Assembly (NCBI GenBank): GCA_965204535.1
Contig: OZ241996.1
Location: 1,120,001-1,184,000, forward strand
Direction: 5' to 3'
DNA: 64,000 nt
Source of the DNA: a bacterium
GTDB taxonomy: Bacteria; UBA8248
The notes below the pieces were generated by a model, which saw only the letters and a list, made by a program, of their open reading frames with translations, ran no database searches and was not told where the DNA came from. The position numbers and the translations under genes were made by a program. Position 1 is the first letter of the stretch, and the number at the start of each line of letters is the position of its first letter. Shown here one piece after another: positions 1 through 10,004 of the stretch.

Positions 1-155
1 TGCGGTGCTCACCCGCAAGCGGGATGGGCGGTCCTCCTTGTTTTCCATGTCCCCCGGTTGCCCTTTATGCCCCCTATCGTGTAAGCAGTTCTCTTTGTGT
101 CCCTTGGGCATAAGCTCTTGAGGGCGCGATATGGTTCCAAATAGGACATTCAAAG

Positions 156-1568
156 ATGCCGAAGCGAGTTGCGAAGTCCCGGAAGACGAAGTCCATGAAA
201 CCCTGGGGCGGAAGGTTCCGGGGCGGGACGGACGCGCGCGTAGAGGCTTTCACCGAGAGCGTCTCGTTCGACTACCGCCTGGCGCCCTACGACGTCCTCG
301 CGTCCATCGCCCACGCGGAGATGCTCGGAGCGCAGGGCATCATTGCGAAAAAAGACGCCCGCGCCGTCGTCAGGGGCCTTAAGGCCATCTTGCGAGAGGT
401 GGAGTCCGGTAAATTCGAGTTCCGGGCCGAACTCGAAGACGTGCACATGAACGTCGAGGCGGCGCTCACGGAGCGAATCGGCGCCGCCGGCGGCAGGCTG
501 CATACCGCGCGGAGCCGGAACGACCAGGTGGCCACCTCGCTCAGGCTGTGGCTCAGAGACCGGGTCGACGAGACGCAGGAAGCGCTTCTGGAGATGAGGC
601 GCGCTTTGCTCGCGCAGGCGGACGCGCACGTCGACACCGTGATGCCCGGCTACACGCACCTACAGCGCGCGCAGCCCGTATCGCTCGCGCATCATCTGCT
701 CGCGTATTCCCAGATGCTCAGGCGCGACGGGGAGCGATTCGCCGAAGTGCGCGCCCGGGTCAACGTATTGCCGCTGGGGGCGGGCGCGCTGGCGGGCACG
801 AGCCACCCCATCGACAGGAAAATGGTGGCGAAAAAGCTCGGGTTCGCCTCCGCCTCCGAGAACAGCATGGACGCGGTGAGCGACAGGGATTTTGCCCTGG
901 AATTCGCATCCGCCGCCGCCATCGCGATGATGCACTTGAGCCGCCTGGGGGAAGAGGTCATCCTCTGGGCGAGCGGGGAGTTCGGTTTCGTCGAGCTGGC
1001 GGATTCGTTCGCGACGGGAAGCTCCCTGATGCCGCAGAAGAAAAACCCCGACGTGGCCGAGATCGTCCGGGGAAAGAGCGGACGTGTTTTTGGAGATTTC
1101 ATGGCCCTGCTCACCCTGATGAAGGGGTTGCCGCTCACCTATAACCGGGACTTGCAGGAGGACAAGGAATCGGTGTTCGACGCCGCCGATACCCTGCTGG
1201 CCTCCCTGGAGGTCATGGCGCCCATGGTCGAATCCATGCAATTCAGGCCCGAGGCGATGGCCCAGGCTGCCGAGGGTGGGTACATGACGGCGACGGACCT
1301 GGCGGATGCCCTGGTGCGGCGGGGGGTTCCGTTCAGAGAAGCGCACGAGGCGGCGGGGCGCGCCGTGCGAATCGCCCTCGAAAAAGGGGTGGCGCTGGGT
1401 GAGTTGAGCGCTGAGGATTTGAAGCAGGTGGATTCCAGGCTCGACGCAAATGATTTGGCGGAAACGGATCTGGGGAAATCACTGCGTTCGAGGAGCAGCG
1501 CGGGAGGAACTTCCAAGAGAAGTGTGCGGGCCCAGATTCGGGCCGAGAAAAAACGATTGGGAATATAG
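156..1568 (+). CDS. argH: Argininosuccinate lyase
   Basis: WGGRF N-terminus, HTARSRNDQ, GYTHLQRAQP, signature GSSLMPQKKNPD. Confidence 0.97.
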   Translation: MPKRVAKSRKTKSMKPWGGRFRGGTDARVEAFTESVSFDYRLAPYDVLASIAHAEMLGAQGIIAKKDARAVVRGLKAILREVESGKFEFRAELEDVHMNVEAALTERIGAAGGRLHTARSRNDQVATSLRLWLRDRVDETQEALLEMRRALLAQADAHVDTVMPGYTHLQRAQPVSLAHHLLAYSQMLRRDGERFAEVRARVNVLPLGAGALAGTSHPIDRKMVAKKLGFASASENSMDAVSDRDFALEFASAAAIAMMHLSRLGEEVILWASGEFGFVELADSFATGSSLMPQKKNPDVAEIVRGKSGRVFGDFMALLTLMKGLPLTYNRDLQEDKESVFDAADTLLASLEVMAPMVESMQFRPEAMAQAAEGGYMTATDLADALVRRGVPFREAHEAAGRAVRIALEKGVALGELSAEDLKQVDSRLDANDLAETDLGKSLRSRSSAGGTSKRSVRAQIRAEKKRLGI

Positions 1569-1569
1569 G

Positions 1570-1689
1570 ATGATGAAGAGAATTTTACTGGCGGGCGCCC
1601 TAGTGGTCGCGATGGCCTGCATGGCTGCGGGTTGCGGCGTCAAGGGACCGCCGAAACCTCCCAAGAGTCCGGTCGCCAAGAGTTTGTAG
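1570..1689 (+). CDS. Small lipoprotein, LptM/YifL-like (39 aa)
   Basis: MMKRILLAGALVVAMACMAAG-CGVKGPP: signal peptide plus lipobox with CGxKGP motif; typical position next to argH/lysA/dapF. Confidence 0.8.
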   Translation: MMKRILLAGALVVAMACMAAGCGVKGPPKPPKSPVAKSL

Positions 1690-1729
1690 GAACTCAGGCT
1701 CAGCGGGACTCGGAAAGAGAGCTTTCAGA

Positions 1730-3007
1730 ATGCACCATTTTGATTACAAAGACGGCGAGTTGTGCGCCGAAGACGTATCCTTGACGCGGCTGGCGGAGGA
1801 GGTGGGAACGCCTTTTTACGTCTACAGCCACGAGACGCTGACGAGGCATTTCCGCGTTTTCAGCGAGGCGTTCGCATCCGTCCCGCACCTCATCTGCTTC
1901 GCCATGAAGAGCAACTCGAACCTGGCGATTCTCAGGCTCTTCGGCGCGATGGGCGGTGGGCTGGACATCGTTTCGGGCGGCGAGTTGTTCCGCGCGGTGA
2001 AGGCCGGGATGTCGTACGATCGCATCGTGTTCGCGGGCGTGGGCAAGTCGGACGAGGAGATCGCCTATGCGCTCGAAAAGGGCGTGTTGCTCTTCAACGT
2101 GGAGAGCGAGGAGGAGTTGGTGAACATCGGCGCGGTGGCGAGCCGGGTGGGCAAGCAGGCGCAGGTCGCGATCCGGGTGAACCCCGACGTCGACCCCCAG
2201 ACGCATCCCTACATCACCACCGGCCTCAAGAAGAGCAAGTTCGGCATCGACATCAACCGGGCACGAGAGCAGTACCGGACGGCGGCGAAGCTCGAGGGCG
2301 TCGAACCCACAGGCGTTCATTGCCATATCGGGAGCCAGATCACTTCGAGCAGCCCGTTCGCCGACTCGGTGGAAATCGTGGCGCGCCTGGTGGGCGAGTT
2401 ACGCGGTGACGGGCACGACATCGGCTATCTGAACCTGGGCGGCGGCTTGGGCATCACCTATCACGACGAGGCGCCGCCGCTGCCGAAAGACTATGCGGCG
2501 GCCATACTGCCGAAGCTCCGGGATCTGGGATGCACGCTCATTTTCGAGCCGGGCCGCGTCATCACGGGCAACGCAGGGATCCTCGTCACGCGCGTGCTGT
2601 ACGGGAAGGAAAATCCCGAGAAACGCTTCGTGATCATCGACGCCGGCATGAACGACCTCATCCGTCCCAGCCTCTATCAGGCCTTTCAGGACGTGTGGCC
2701 GGTGGAGGAGGCGGCGCGGGAGAGGCCGAGGCATATTACGGACTTGGTGGGCCCGGTATGCGAGAGCGGGGACTATCTGGCCAAGGACCGCGATTTGCCC
2801 GAGTTTTATCGCGACGATCTGGTGGCCGTCATGAGTTCGGGAGCGTACGGCTTCACCATGGCGTCGAACTACAACTCGCGCCCCAGGCCGCCCGAGATTC
2901 TTGTGCGCGGGGAGGAGTATCATATAATCAGGGAGCGCGAGACGTATGACGATCTCGTTCGCGGCGAGCACATTCCGGGGTTTATCGAAGAGAGGCGGAT
3001 TCCGTGA
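1730..3007 (+). CDS. lysA: Diaminopimelate decarboxylase
   Basis: FAMKSN PLP lysine, HCHIGSQ, GGGLG, EPGR, GPVCESGD, GAYG..MASNYN. Confidence 0.97.
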   Translation: MHHFDYKDGELCAEDVSLTRLAEEVGTPFYVYSHETLTRHFRVFSEAFASVPHLICFAMKSNSNLAILRLFGAMGGGLDIVSGGELFRAVKAGMSYDRIVFAGVGKSDEEIAYALEKGVLLFNVESEEELVNIGAVASRVGKQAQVAIRVNPDVDPQTHPYITTGLKKSKFGIDINRAREQYRTAAKLEGVEPTGVHCHIGSQITSSSPFADSVEIVARLVGELRGDGHDIGYLNLGGGLGITYHDEAPPLPKDYAAAILPKLRDLGCTLIFEPGRVITGNAGILVTRVLYGKENPEKRFVIIDAGMNDLIRPSLYQAFQDVWPVEEAARERPRHITDLVGPVCESGDYLAKDRDLPEFYRDDLVAVMSSGAYGFTMASNYNSRPRPPEILVRGEEYHIIRERETYDDLVRGEHIPGFIEERRIP

Positions 3008-3828
3008 GTAAAATCGCATTCACCAAGTTCAGCGGAAGCGGCAACGACTTCATATTCATCGACAACAGGAACCTGGAGCACCGGGCCGACGAGATGATCG
3101 GTTTCGTCCAGCGGGTTTGCCGCAGGGGCCAGTCCGTCGGCGCGGACGGGCTGATGTTCATCGAGCCGAGCGAGCGGGCCGATTTCAAGTGGCGGTTCTT
3201 CAACGCCGACGGCTCTGAGGGCGAGATGTGCGGGAACGGCGGTCGCTGCGCCGCGCGTTTTGCGCGAGAGCTGGGCATCGCCGCGGATTCGGTGTCGTTC
3301 GAGACCATCGCGGGCGTCATCGACGCGACGATGAACGGCTCATCCGTGAAGCTCAGGATGACCCAGCCCTTCGATTACCGCGCGGGCATGGAACTCGATA
3401 TCAACGGAAGGGAAGTGGTGGTCGATCACATGAATACCGGCGTCCCCCATGCGGTGGAGTTCACCGACGACGTGGAGACCGTCGACATCGTGGGCGACGG
3501 CCGGGCGATCCGCACGCACGACGCCTTTGCGCCGGCGGGCGCGAACGCGAACTTCGCCCGCGTGATCGGAGAGAATTCGGTGATCCTGAGAACCTATGAG
3601 CGGGGCGTGGAGAACGAAACCCTCGCCTGCGGCACGGGCGCGGTGGCGACGGCGATACTCGCCGCAGCGCGCGGGTTCGTATCCTCTCCCGTGGACGTCA
3701 ACGTGCGCAGCGGCGAAATCCTCAAAATCTATTTCGAGGGTGTCGGCGCGGATGTGCGTGATGTCTACATGGAAGGGGAAACCAGGCTCGTCTACCAGGG
3801 AGAGATGACGGAAGAGGCTCTGCTCTGA
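3004..3828 (+). CDS. dapF: Diaminopimelate epimerase
   Basis: GSGNDF, NADGSEGEMCGNGGRC, ERGVENETLACGTG; GTG start overlaps lysA stop. Confidence 0.96.
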   Translation: MSKIAFTKFSGSGNDFIFIDNRNLEHRADEMIGFVQRVCRRGQSVGADGLMFIEPSERADFKWRFFNADGSEGEMCGNGGRCAARFARELGIAADSVSFETIAGVIDATMNGSSVKLRMTQPFDYRAGMELDINGREVVVDHMNTGVPHAVEFTDDVETVDIVGDGRAIRTHDAFAPAGANANFARVIGENSVILRTYERGVENETLACGTGAVATAILAAARGFVSSPVDVNVRSGEILKIYFEGVGADVRDVYMEGETRLVYQGEMTEEALL

Positions 3829-3829
3829 A

Positions 3830-4027
3830 GGGAGTGTTGGAAATGACTCCCTCTTAAGGAGTTTGTAAAAAGCCGGAGAGGGAAAATTTGATTGTGTGTA
3901 GGGGTCGCATACATGCGACCCTGATTTTTTCACCAACTACAAAGGCCGCATATATGCGGCCCCTACAAAAAACGCTCCCTCCTCCGTCGCGTCAAACCCC
4001 CATTCGTCAGACTTTTCCAACAGCCCC
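3830..4027. repeat. MITE-like unit containing an inverted pair of GTAG-type REP palindromes
   Basis: gtaggggtcgcatacatgcgaccct (3898-3922) and inverted ggccgcatatatgcggcccctac (3944-3966); imperfect terminal IR gggagtgttggaaa / tttccaacagcccc. Confidence 0.75.
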
Positions 4028-4045
4028 TTTGAATCGGAGGCTGCG

Positions 4046-4228
4046 TTATCCTTCTCCCCCGGATGGAACCGCGTTCGGGAAACCATCCCGCCGGGGCGCT
4101 CTCAGGAGAACGCACACCATCCCCGATGCGATGAGGATGGCGCTTGCAAGAGCGAAATCGAGCAAATCGTAACCGGCCTAAATCTCATACATCAAAATCC
4201 ACATGGCGGCTCCAAGCGATGGGCCCGC
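4046..4228 (-). pseudogene. Possible remnant of the last two helices of an MFS-type transporter
   Basis: Manual translation AGPSLGAAMWILMYEI*AGYDLLDFALASAILIASGMVCVLLRAP... with an internal stop and no start. Confidence 0.3.
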
Positions 4229-4232
4229 AAGT

Positions 4233-4262
4233 CCGGGGCATGGTTTTCACGCCATGCCCCGG
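4233..4262 (-). terminator. Hairpin downstream of the ECF/Spy operon
   Basis: ccggggcatgg-ttttcacg-ccatgccccgg 11-bp stem. Confidence 0.6.
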
Positions 4263-4276
4263 GGCGTCGGGATGTT

Positions 4277-4906
4277 CTAGTAAGTCTGGGGTTGGTTCCC
4301 GGAAGCCGGGCCCTTGAACATCTGTTCATGGAATTTGGGGCCCCGGCCGTGACGATTCCGCGACCGGGCGATTTTCGAGAGCTGCTTCTGCTGGTCGTCG
4401 TTCAGGACGGATTTCCCCTCCTGAATCGCCTTGAGGCGCGCAATCCGCAAATCCACCCGCATTTTCGATATCTCGCGGATTTTCTTCTCCACGTCGGCGA
4501 GGTCGAGTTTCTCCGCATCGAGCGCGCGCCTGAGGTCGATTCTGAGGGCCTTCATATCGGCGCGTTCTTTCACCGCCTTCTTGGAAAACGCGTCCCGGAT
4601 GTCCTTGAGGCGTTTCATCTGATCGTCGGTGAGCTTGAGCTCTTCGTGGTTCCTCAGCGCGATGGAAACCAGCGGACGCGCCGAGAAGGGCCTCGGTCCG
4701 CGCATTCCGCGGCGTCCCCGGTGGCCGGGCCAGCCGAGATGCGCTTCTTTCATCATCTTCTCAAGGATTTGCGGCATTTCGATGACTTGCGGTATCGAAT
4801 GCGGGCCGTGCGGGCCCCCCTGGGCCTGGGCCGCGCCGACGAGGCCCAGGCTCAGTGCTGCGGCCAGGACGGCTGTCGAGAGGGTAAGGCGTTTTTGACG
4901 TTTCAT
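4277..4906 (-). CDS. Spy/CpxP/ZraP-family periplasmic chaperone or metal sensor
   Basis: Signal peptide (AAQA), LKLTDDQ and LNDDQ LTxxQ-like motifs, helical core. Confidence 0.8.
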   Translation of the reverse strand: MKRQKRLTLSTAVLAAALSLGLVGAAQAQGGPHGPHSIPQVIEMPQILEKMMKEAHLGWPGHRGRRGMRGPRPFSARPLVSIALRNHEELKLTDDQMKRLKDIRDAFSKKAVKERADMKALRIDLRRALDAEKLDLADVEKKIREISKMRVDLRIARLKAIQEGKSVLNDDQQKQLSKIARSRNRHGRGPKFHEQMFKGPASGNQPQTY

Positions 4907-4966
4907 AATCAAATTCCTCCGGTAAGGCGTTTCGTCTTATTTTGGCGGCGCTGCTTCTACTGCGTC

Positions 4967-5527
4967 TTACTGTTTCTTCGACTGACCGGCCGGGTCGCCT
5001 AGGCGGTGCTTTCTGTACTTCCTCCATCTCCTTTTGCGTCTTTCCTCGAATTTTTTCACCATGTCGTCGAAAGACGTTTTTTGCTCATCGTCCAGGAAAG
5101 AACGCACGTCTCTGCGAATTTCCTGCATGATGGAGCTGATCTGCGGTCTCATGCTGCGTCTGATGTCGCGTATCCGCGCATAGTGGCGCTCGAGCGCGCG
5201 ATCCACGTTTTCACGCTGCGCGGGGTTCAGGTTCAGGTCCCGCTCCAGCCGGCGCATGAAGCGTTTCTCGCCTCTGGAGCGGCGTCTTGCATTTCTGTTG
5301 CGTTCGGCGCGGACACCACGGGCCTTGGATATCGCCGGCACGGATTCTGCGGCCCGGAAGCCGGACTCGCGGCTGCGTGACTCGAAGGCGCGGGACATGA
5401 ATTCCTTGTGGAACTTGTATTCCGCGTACTTGTGCCCGCCGACGTAGCCGGTGCCCGCTCCTGCTGCGAACACCACCAGCAGCACGGCTGAGGCCTTCAT
5501 GAATTCTTTTGTGAACCAGGTTTTCAT
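4967..5527 (-). CDS. Membrane-anchored Spy/CpxP-like (heavy-metal resistance family) protein
   Basis: TM segment VFAAGAGTGY; LNLNPAQ and LDDEQ motifs; lies in ECF operon. Confidence 0.7.
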   Translation of the reverse strand: MKTWFTKEFMKASAVLLVVFAAGAGTGYVGGHKYAEYKFHKEFMSRAFESRSRESGFRAAESVPAISKARGVRAERNRNARRRSRGEKRFMRRLERDLNLNPAQRENVDRALERHYARIRDIRRSMRPQISSIMQEIRRDVRSFLDDEQKTSFDDMVKKFEERRKRRWRKYRKHRLGDPAGQSKKQ

Positions 5528-5546
5528 CGTCTCCGTCTCAAAATGC

Positions 5547-6005
5547 CTAACGCTCAGGCCCGGCGTGAACGGCGTATTGAAGCAGTTCCATGCCTGTTTG
5601 CGCTTCGAGTGCGTTGCTGATCAACATAGTGGGGTTCAGGGGATTTCTGTCGTAACTGACCACCAGATTCGGCTGTGGTCTCGAAACACTCATTTGCCTC
5701 TCGACGCCCCGGCTCCAGAAAAGGCTCGCAACGAGGAGCAGGACGCCCAGGGCCGCTACGGCGAACCTCGGCCCCGTCGCGGCCAGCGCCGCGGTGAAGG
5801 AGAAGGCACCGTTAGATTGCGCTTCATGGGCGGCGAGCTGGGGGCGCAGCTTCTCCCAGAGTTTCTCGTCCGGCTCCGGCGCATCCTCGTGTGCGGCCTC
5901 GAAGAGGGCCTTGAGTTCCTCGACCGTCTCGTCTTCGGGCCTGTGAGCGTCCCAGTCCTGAGCGCTTCGATCTCGGTTAAAAATGTTTTCCCACCAGCGC
6001 ATCAC
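5547..6005 (-). CDS. Putative single-pass anti-sigma factor
   Basis: Overlaps sigma-factor stop; cytoplasmic N-terminus, one TM (FAVAALGVLLLVASLFW). Confidence 0.65.
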   Translation of the reverse strand: MMRWWENIFNRDRSAQDWDAHRPEDETVEELKALFEAAHEDAPEPDEKLWEKLRPQLAAHEAQSNGAFSFTAALAATGPRFAVAALGVLLLVASLFWSRGVERQMSVSRPQPNLVVSYDRNPLNPTMLISNALEAQTGMELLQYAVHAGPER

Positions 6006-6625
6006 TTCGTCCCCTTTGTGCTCCGGGCCACGCGCTTGAGACCTGCGCGCGCGCGGTTGAGCCTGGAGCGCACCGTACCGGGCCGGATCTGGAGCACTTC
6101 GGCGATCTCATCGTAACTCATTTCTTCGAGTTCGCGCATCACCAGAATCCGGCGATGTTTCTCCGGCAGTTGCGCCAGAAGCTTTTGCAACTCCTCGCTC
6201 GCGCGCCTCTCCTGCATCTCACGCAACGCGTCCTGGGCATCCATGTCTTCGGGCGCGGGTTCGGCGGCGATTTGCTCTTCTTCGATCTCCAGCGGCGGCG
6301 GCCCGCCGCGCTTCAGGTAATCGCGGCAGTGATTGACCGCAATGCGGTAGACCCAGGTGGAAAACCTGGCGTCTCCCCGGAATTTCGGCAGGGCGAGATA
6401 CGCCTTCAGGAATATCTCCTGAACGACGTCGTCGGTGTCTTCCCTGCGTTCTCCGAGCATCCCCCACACGAGGCGCTGGATTTTTCCGGCGTTTTGGCGA
6501 ACGAGGGGCTCGAAAGCGTCCTTGTCGCCGTTCTGGCAGCGTTTGATCCAAGACGACTCATCGAGTTCTTCGCGGGGGGCTTCCAAAAGTCCCAATCCCC
6601 AAGCCGGTATCGCCAGAGTGAACAT
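6002..6625 (-). CDS. ECF RNA polymerase sigma-70 factor
   Basis: DDVVQEIFLKAY, FSTWVYRIAVN (region 2), SYDEIAEVLQIRPGTVRSRLNRAR (region 4). Confidence 0.93.
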   Translation of the reverse strand: MFTLAIPAWGLGLLEAPREELDESSWIKRCQNGDKDAFEPLVRQNAGKIQRLVWGMLGERREDTDDVVQEIFLKAYLALPKFRGDARFSTWVYRIAVNHCRDYLKRGGPPPLEIEEEQIAAEPAPEDMDAQDALREMQERRASEELQKLLAQLPEKHRRILVMRELEEMSYDEIAEVLQIRPGTVRSRLNRARAGLKRVARSTKGTK

Positions 6626-6796
6626 CCTCGTCGCCTTATCGTATCAAATATGCTGTCAGAATGCGGGCGTTTTTCATATTTCTTCTCCCTACACCCCTTA
6701 TGACGCCCCCAGGTTCCCACTTTCGGGTGGAACGCATATAATATACTTTACAATCAATGACTTGCTGATATTTCCAAATCAGGGAAGGGGAATCCC

Positions 6797-7594
6797 GTGT
6801 CGATACGAATCGTCGTGGCCGGAGCCGGCGGCAGGATGGGGGGCCGCATCATCCACCAGATCGCCTCATCGGACGATCTCACCCTCTCGGGCGCGCTCGA
6901 GCGCGAAGGGTTTGAAGAGTTAGGCAAAGATGCGGGCGCACACGCCGGCTGCGGGGATATGGGCGTCGCCCTCACCAGTGATTCATCCGCTTTGAGCGGC
7001 GACGTGCTGGTCTCCTTCGCGATCCCAGAAGCGAGCGTCGCCCACGTGCGCCTGGCGGCCGGGAAGGGGATGGCCGCCGTTGTCGGCACCACCGGCTTCT
7101 CAGACTCCCAGCGCGAGGAGATCGCAGGACTGGGCGACAGAATCGCCTGCGTTTTGGCGCCGAACATGAGCGTGGGGGTGAACGTCTCCTTCCGCCTGAT
7201 AGAAGAAGCGGCAAGGCTCCTCGGCGACGCCTACGACATCGAGGTCATCGAAACGCACCACAACCAGAAAATAGACGCCCCCTCGGGAACGGCGGTGCGC
7301 ATGGGCGAAATCCTGGCCCGTGTGACGAGCAAGCAATATCCCGAAGACGCGGTGTTTCACCGGGAAGGCCAGACCGGCGTGCGCCCCGAGGGCGTCATCG
7401 GCATGCAGACCCTGCGCGGCGGCGACGTGCCGGGCGAGCACACCGTCTATTTCTTCGGCATGGGCGAGCGGGTGGAGATCACCCACCGGGCCGGCAGCCG
7501 GGATAATTTCGCGGCGGGCGCCGTTCGCGCAGTCCGCTGGGTGGCAGATAAATCCCCCGGCATCTACGGCATGGCGGACGTGCTGGGGCTTTAA
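6797..7594 (+). CDS. dapB: 4-hydroxy-tetrahydrodipicolinate reductase
   Basis: GAGGRMG, GTTG, APNMSVGVN, ETHHNQKIDAPSGTA. Confidence 0.96.
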   Translation: MSIRIVVAGAGGRMGGRIIHQIASSDDLTLSGALEREGFEELGKDAGAHAGCGDMGVALTSDSSALSGDVLVSFAIPEASVAHVRLAAGKGMAAVVGTTGFSDSQREEIAGLGDRIACVLAPNMSVGVNVSFRLIEEAARLLGDAYDIEVIETHHNQKIDAPSGTAVRMGEILARVTSKQYPEDAVFHREGQTGVRPEGVIGMQTLRGGDVPGEHTVYFFGMGERVEITHRAGSRDNFAAGAVRAVRWVADKSPGIYGMADVLGL

Positions 7595-7637
7595 TACTTT
7601 TAGTCCGTGTGTTCACGGCATCGTGAGGAGATAACGG

Positions 7638-8159
7638 ATGGCTGGGGAAATCGAAGCGGCGGGCGTCGAATACATAAAGGTGGCGGACGGGAGGACGCTG
7701 GCGCAGGTCATCAGAAACAATTTTGACGATTACGCCGCATTCCCGCCCTATCTCGATTCAGAAGAAGAGCGCGCCCATCTGGCGGAGGCCTATTCCGGCG
7801 CCGACCCGGAAACCGAGCGGAGAACGAAGGCGCACATGACGCCGGATGAGAACCCGCTCCAGATCGTCATGCTGAACAGAAACCCCGGCGCCGTCGTGAA
7901 GCCGCATTATCATGAGGTGACGGAGCGCCCCGTGAACACGACGCGCCACCAGATCATGATCTGCCGCTCGGGCCGGATGCGGATCGGCGTCTACGCCAAA
8001 GAGGGCGACCATGCCGCCGACGTGGACTTGGCGCCCGGCGATCTGATCCTCATGTACGAGGGCCACCGCATCGAGTTCCTGGAAGCGGGTACGAAGGCCA
8101 TCGAGATCAAGGAGGGGCCCTTCCCGGAGACAGACGAAGCGGACAAGGTGGATTTTTGA
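7638..8159 (+). CDS. Cupin-fold protein
   Basis: PHYH...GDLILMYEGHRIEF..EIKEGP cupin motifs; strong RBS gaggag. Confidence 0.7.
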   Translation: MAGEIEAAGVEYIKVADGRTLAQVIRNNFDDYAAFPPYLDSEEERAHLAEAYSGADPETERRTKAHMTPDENPLQIVMLNRNPGAVVKPHYHEVTERPVNTTRHQIMICRSGRMRIGVYAKEGDHAADVDLAPGDLILMYEGHRIEFLEAGTKAIEIKEGPFPETDEADKVDF

Positions 8160-8192
8160 TTTTTTGAAGTGGTGAGGCCTGGCCCCAAGTCA

Positions 8193-8708
8193 GGGGATGT
8201 TGAAAACCCTTTGCCGTTAGGGCGGGAATTCACCGTAGGGGCGGACCGGTGTGTCCGCCCGTTTTTCGTTTCGGCGGGGCAGGGCGGCCACGGGGGGCCG
8301 CCCCTACGGGAACCTGCAAATCCAGATGGAGGCTGCTGTAGGGACAGGCCCCCGTGCCTGTCCGGGGTTCTCGTTCTGCAAAGGACAACCACAGGGGGTT
8401 GTCCCTACAGGTTGTAATTGACCACGGCCGTCATTCCGGCGAAAGCCGGAATCCATTTTTCGCCTTTTGTCTTTCGTCAGGGTTTTCCCGCGCATTGTCG
8501 GGGAAGGAAAAGCCGCCGTTCATTCATCCGCGTCCGCAAATGGATTCTGGCTTTCGCCGGAATGACGTGCAAAGGCGATACCCCCGGATTCCGGCATTTC
8601 CTCCCGTTTTGGTCGAAATGGATTTGTAGGGGCCGCATACATGCGGCCCATGGTTGGAAGGTGAAAAGGCAGGGTCGCATACATGTCGGACATATATGTC
8701 CGACCTAC
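8193..8708. repeat. Composite REP cluster (several GTAG-REP families plus cgtcattccggc-type palindromes)
   Basis: Inverted pairs gtaggggcggacc../..gcccctac, gtagggacagg../..gtccctac, cgtcattccggcgaaagccggaatcca / tggattctggctttcgccggaatgacg, gtaggggccgcatacatgcggccc; begins with ggggatgttgaaaa. Confidence 0.85.
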
Positions 8709-8732
8709 AGCGCCGTGAGACTTATCCCCGCC

Positions 8733-9701
8733 CTACGCGCCGGATTCTGCGACCCCGACCTGTTTGGCGAGCGTTTTCGCCGCCTCCTGGTAGGATTTCT
8801 GCAGTTCGGGGCTCGGCGCGACCGGGTTGTGGTAGCGGCCCAGGAAGCGGTTCTCTTTGCTCCATATCTCTCGGACCTGGAGAATGGAATCGACGGTTCC
8901 GTCGCTCTTGTCGTCCACGAACATGTAGTAGTAGCGGCTGTACTGGTTCGTGACGTTTCCGAAGAATTTCTCGTCCTTGTGGTAGATTTTCTGGAACGGC
9001 CCGGTCGGGGCCTGGAGCCTTAAGGTCCTTCCGCCGAATATCGAATCCGACACCTCGAGCGTATATTTCTTGCCGCCGATCGTCTGGTTGACCGAATAGA
9101 CGCTGCCCGAGAGCGTCGGTTTCCTGTCTCCCAGCGCGAATGCGCTCAGTTTCCCGTAGAGGCTGGTGTTCACGGATTTCGAAAAGTTGTTCGAGATGCC
9201 GTAGACCACGAGCAGTATCACCGCCGCGGCGAGGAAAACGAGGGTAGGGGAGCGTCTCGCCGGTTTTCTGTCTTCTTCCATGCCCCGGTTGGTGGCCACG
9301 TCCTCTCTCATCTCGGAGAGGTCCTTGTACATCTCCTCCGGCGTGAGCTCCAGAGGCTCGGGCAGCGGCTCTGGTTCGGGCGCCGCCTTCTTGGCCGGAG
9401 CGGCCGCCGCCGCGCCACCGCCTGCCGCTGCTGCTGCCGGGGCCGCCGCCCCGCCGCCCGCGAAGAAATCCGCGTTTATCTGGGTGTATTTGCTCCACTG
9501 GGAGGGCAGGTCGCTTTCTTCGAAAATGGCGTCCACCGGGCAGGCCGGCACGCACGCCGCGCAGTCGATGCACTCGACGGGGTCGATGTAGAGCATCGGG
9601 CTCGATCCGTCCGCCGCCTCATGGATGCAGTCGACCGGGCATACGTCGACGCATGCGGTGTCCTTGGTGTCGATGCATGGTTCCGCGATGACGTGGGTCA
9701 T
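8733..9701 (-). CDS. 7Fe (FdxA-type) ferredoxin fused to Ala/Pro linker, TM helix and C-terminal domain
   Basis: CIDTKDTACVDVCPVDCI and CIDCAACVPACP; AAAPAAAAAGGG linker; TLVFLAAAVILLVVYGI helix; RBS gaggag. Confidence 0.85.
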   Translation of the reverse strand: MTHVIAEPCIDTKDTACVDVCPVDCIHEAADGSSPMLYIDPVECIDCAACVPACPVDAIFEESDLPSQWSKYTQINADFFAGGGAAAPAAAAAGGGAAAAAPAKKAAPEPEPLPEPLELTPEEMYKDLSEMREDVATNRGMEEDRKPARRSPTLVFLAAAVILLVVYGISNNFSKSVNTSLYGKLSAFALGDRKPTLSGSVYSVNQTIGGKKYTLEVSDSIFGGRTLRLQAPTGPFQKIYHKDEKFFGNVTNQYSRYYYMFVDDKSDGTVDSILQVREIWSKENRFLGRYHNPVAPSPELQKSYQEAAKTLAKQVGVAESGA

Positions 9702-9892
9702 CGGAATGCGCTCCTCAAGCTAGAGTCCGGGCAAATGATTGCGCACCTTGACGGCGCGATTTTGAACGCAGGGATGTTAGCACTTTTTTTCGAGGAAACA
9801 CAATCCGCGGCAGGGATAAGATGAGGTTTTTGGGGAGGGGCGAAATATGGCGGGGAGGCGAAGATCACGCCCGTCCGTGGCTTGTTTTCCGC

Positions 9893-10004
9893 CGTCATTC
9901 CGGTGTCGGAGCTGACCAAAGAGGGGACTGTAGGGACAGGTCGCGACCTGTCCCTACGAGATGGTGCGGTTTTGTTCGTCATTCCGGCCTTCGCAGGAGT
10001 GACG
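9893..10004. repeat. REP cluster
   Basis: cgtcattccgg x2 flanking palindrome gtagggacaggtcgcgacctgtccctac. Confidence 0.8.

Noticed and set aside
8169-8680. Small ORFs inside REP clusters (also 9698-10163, 22468-22860)
   Set aside because: Translations of repeat DNA (e.g. VIPAKAGI) with no independent coding signal
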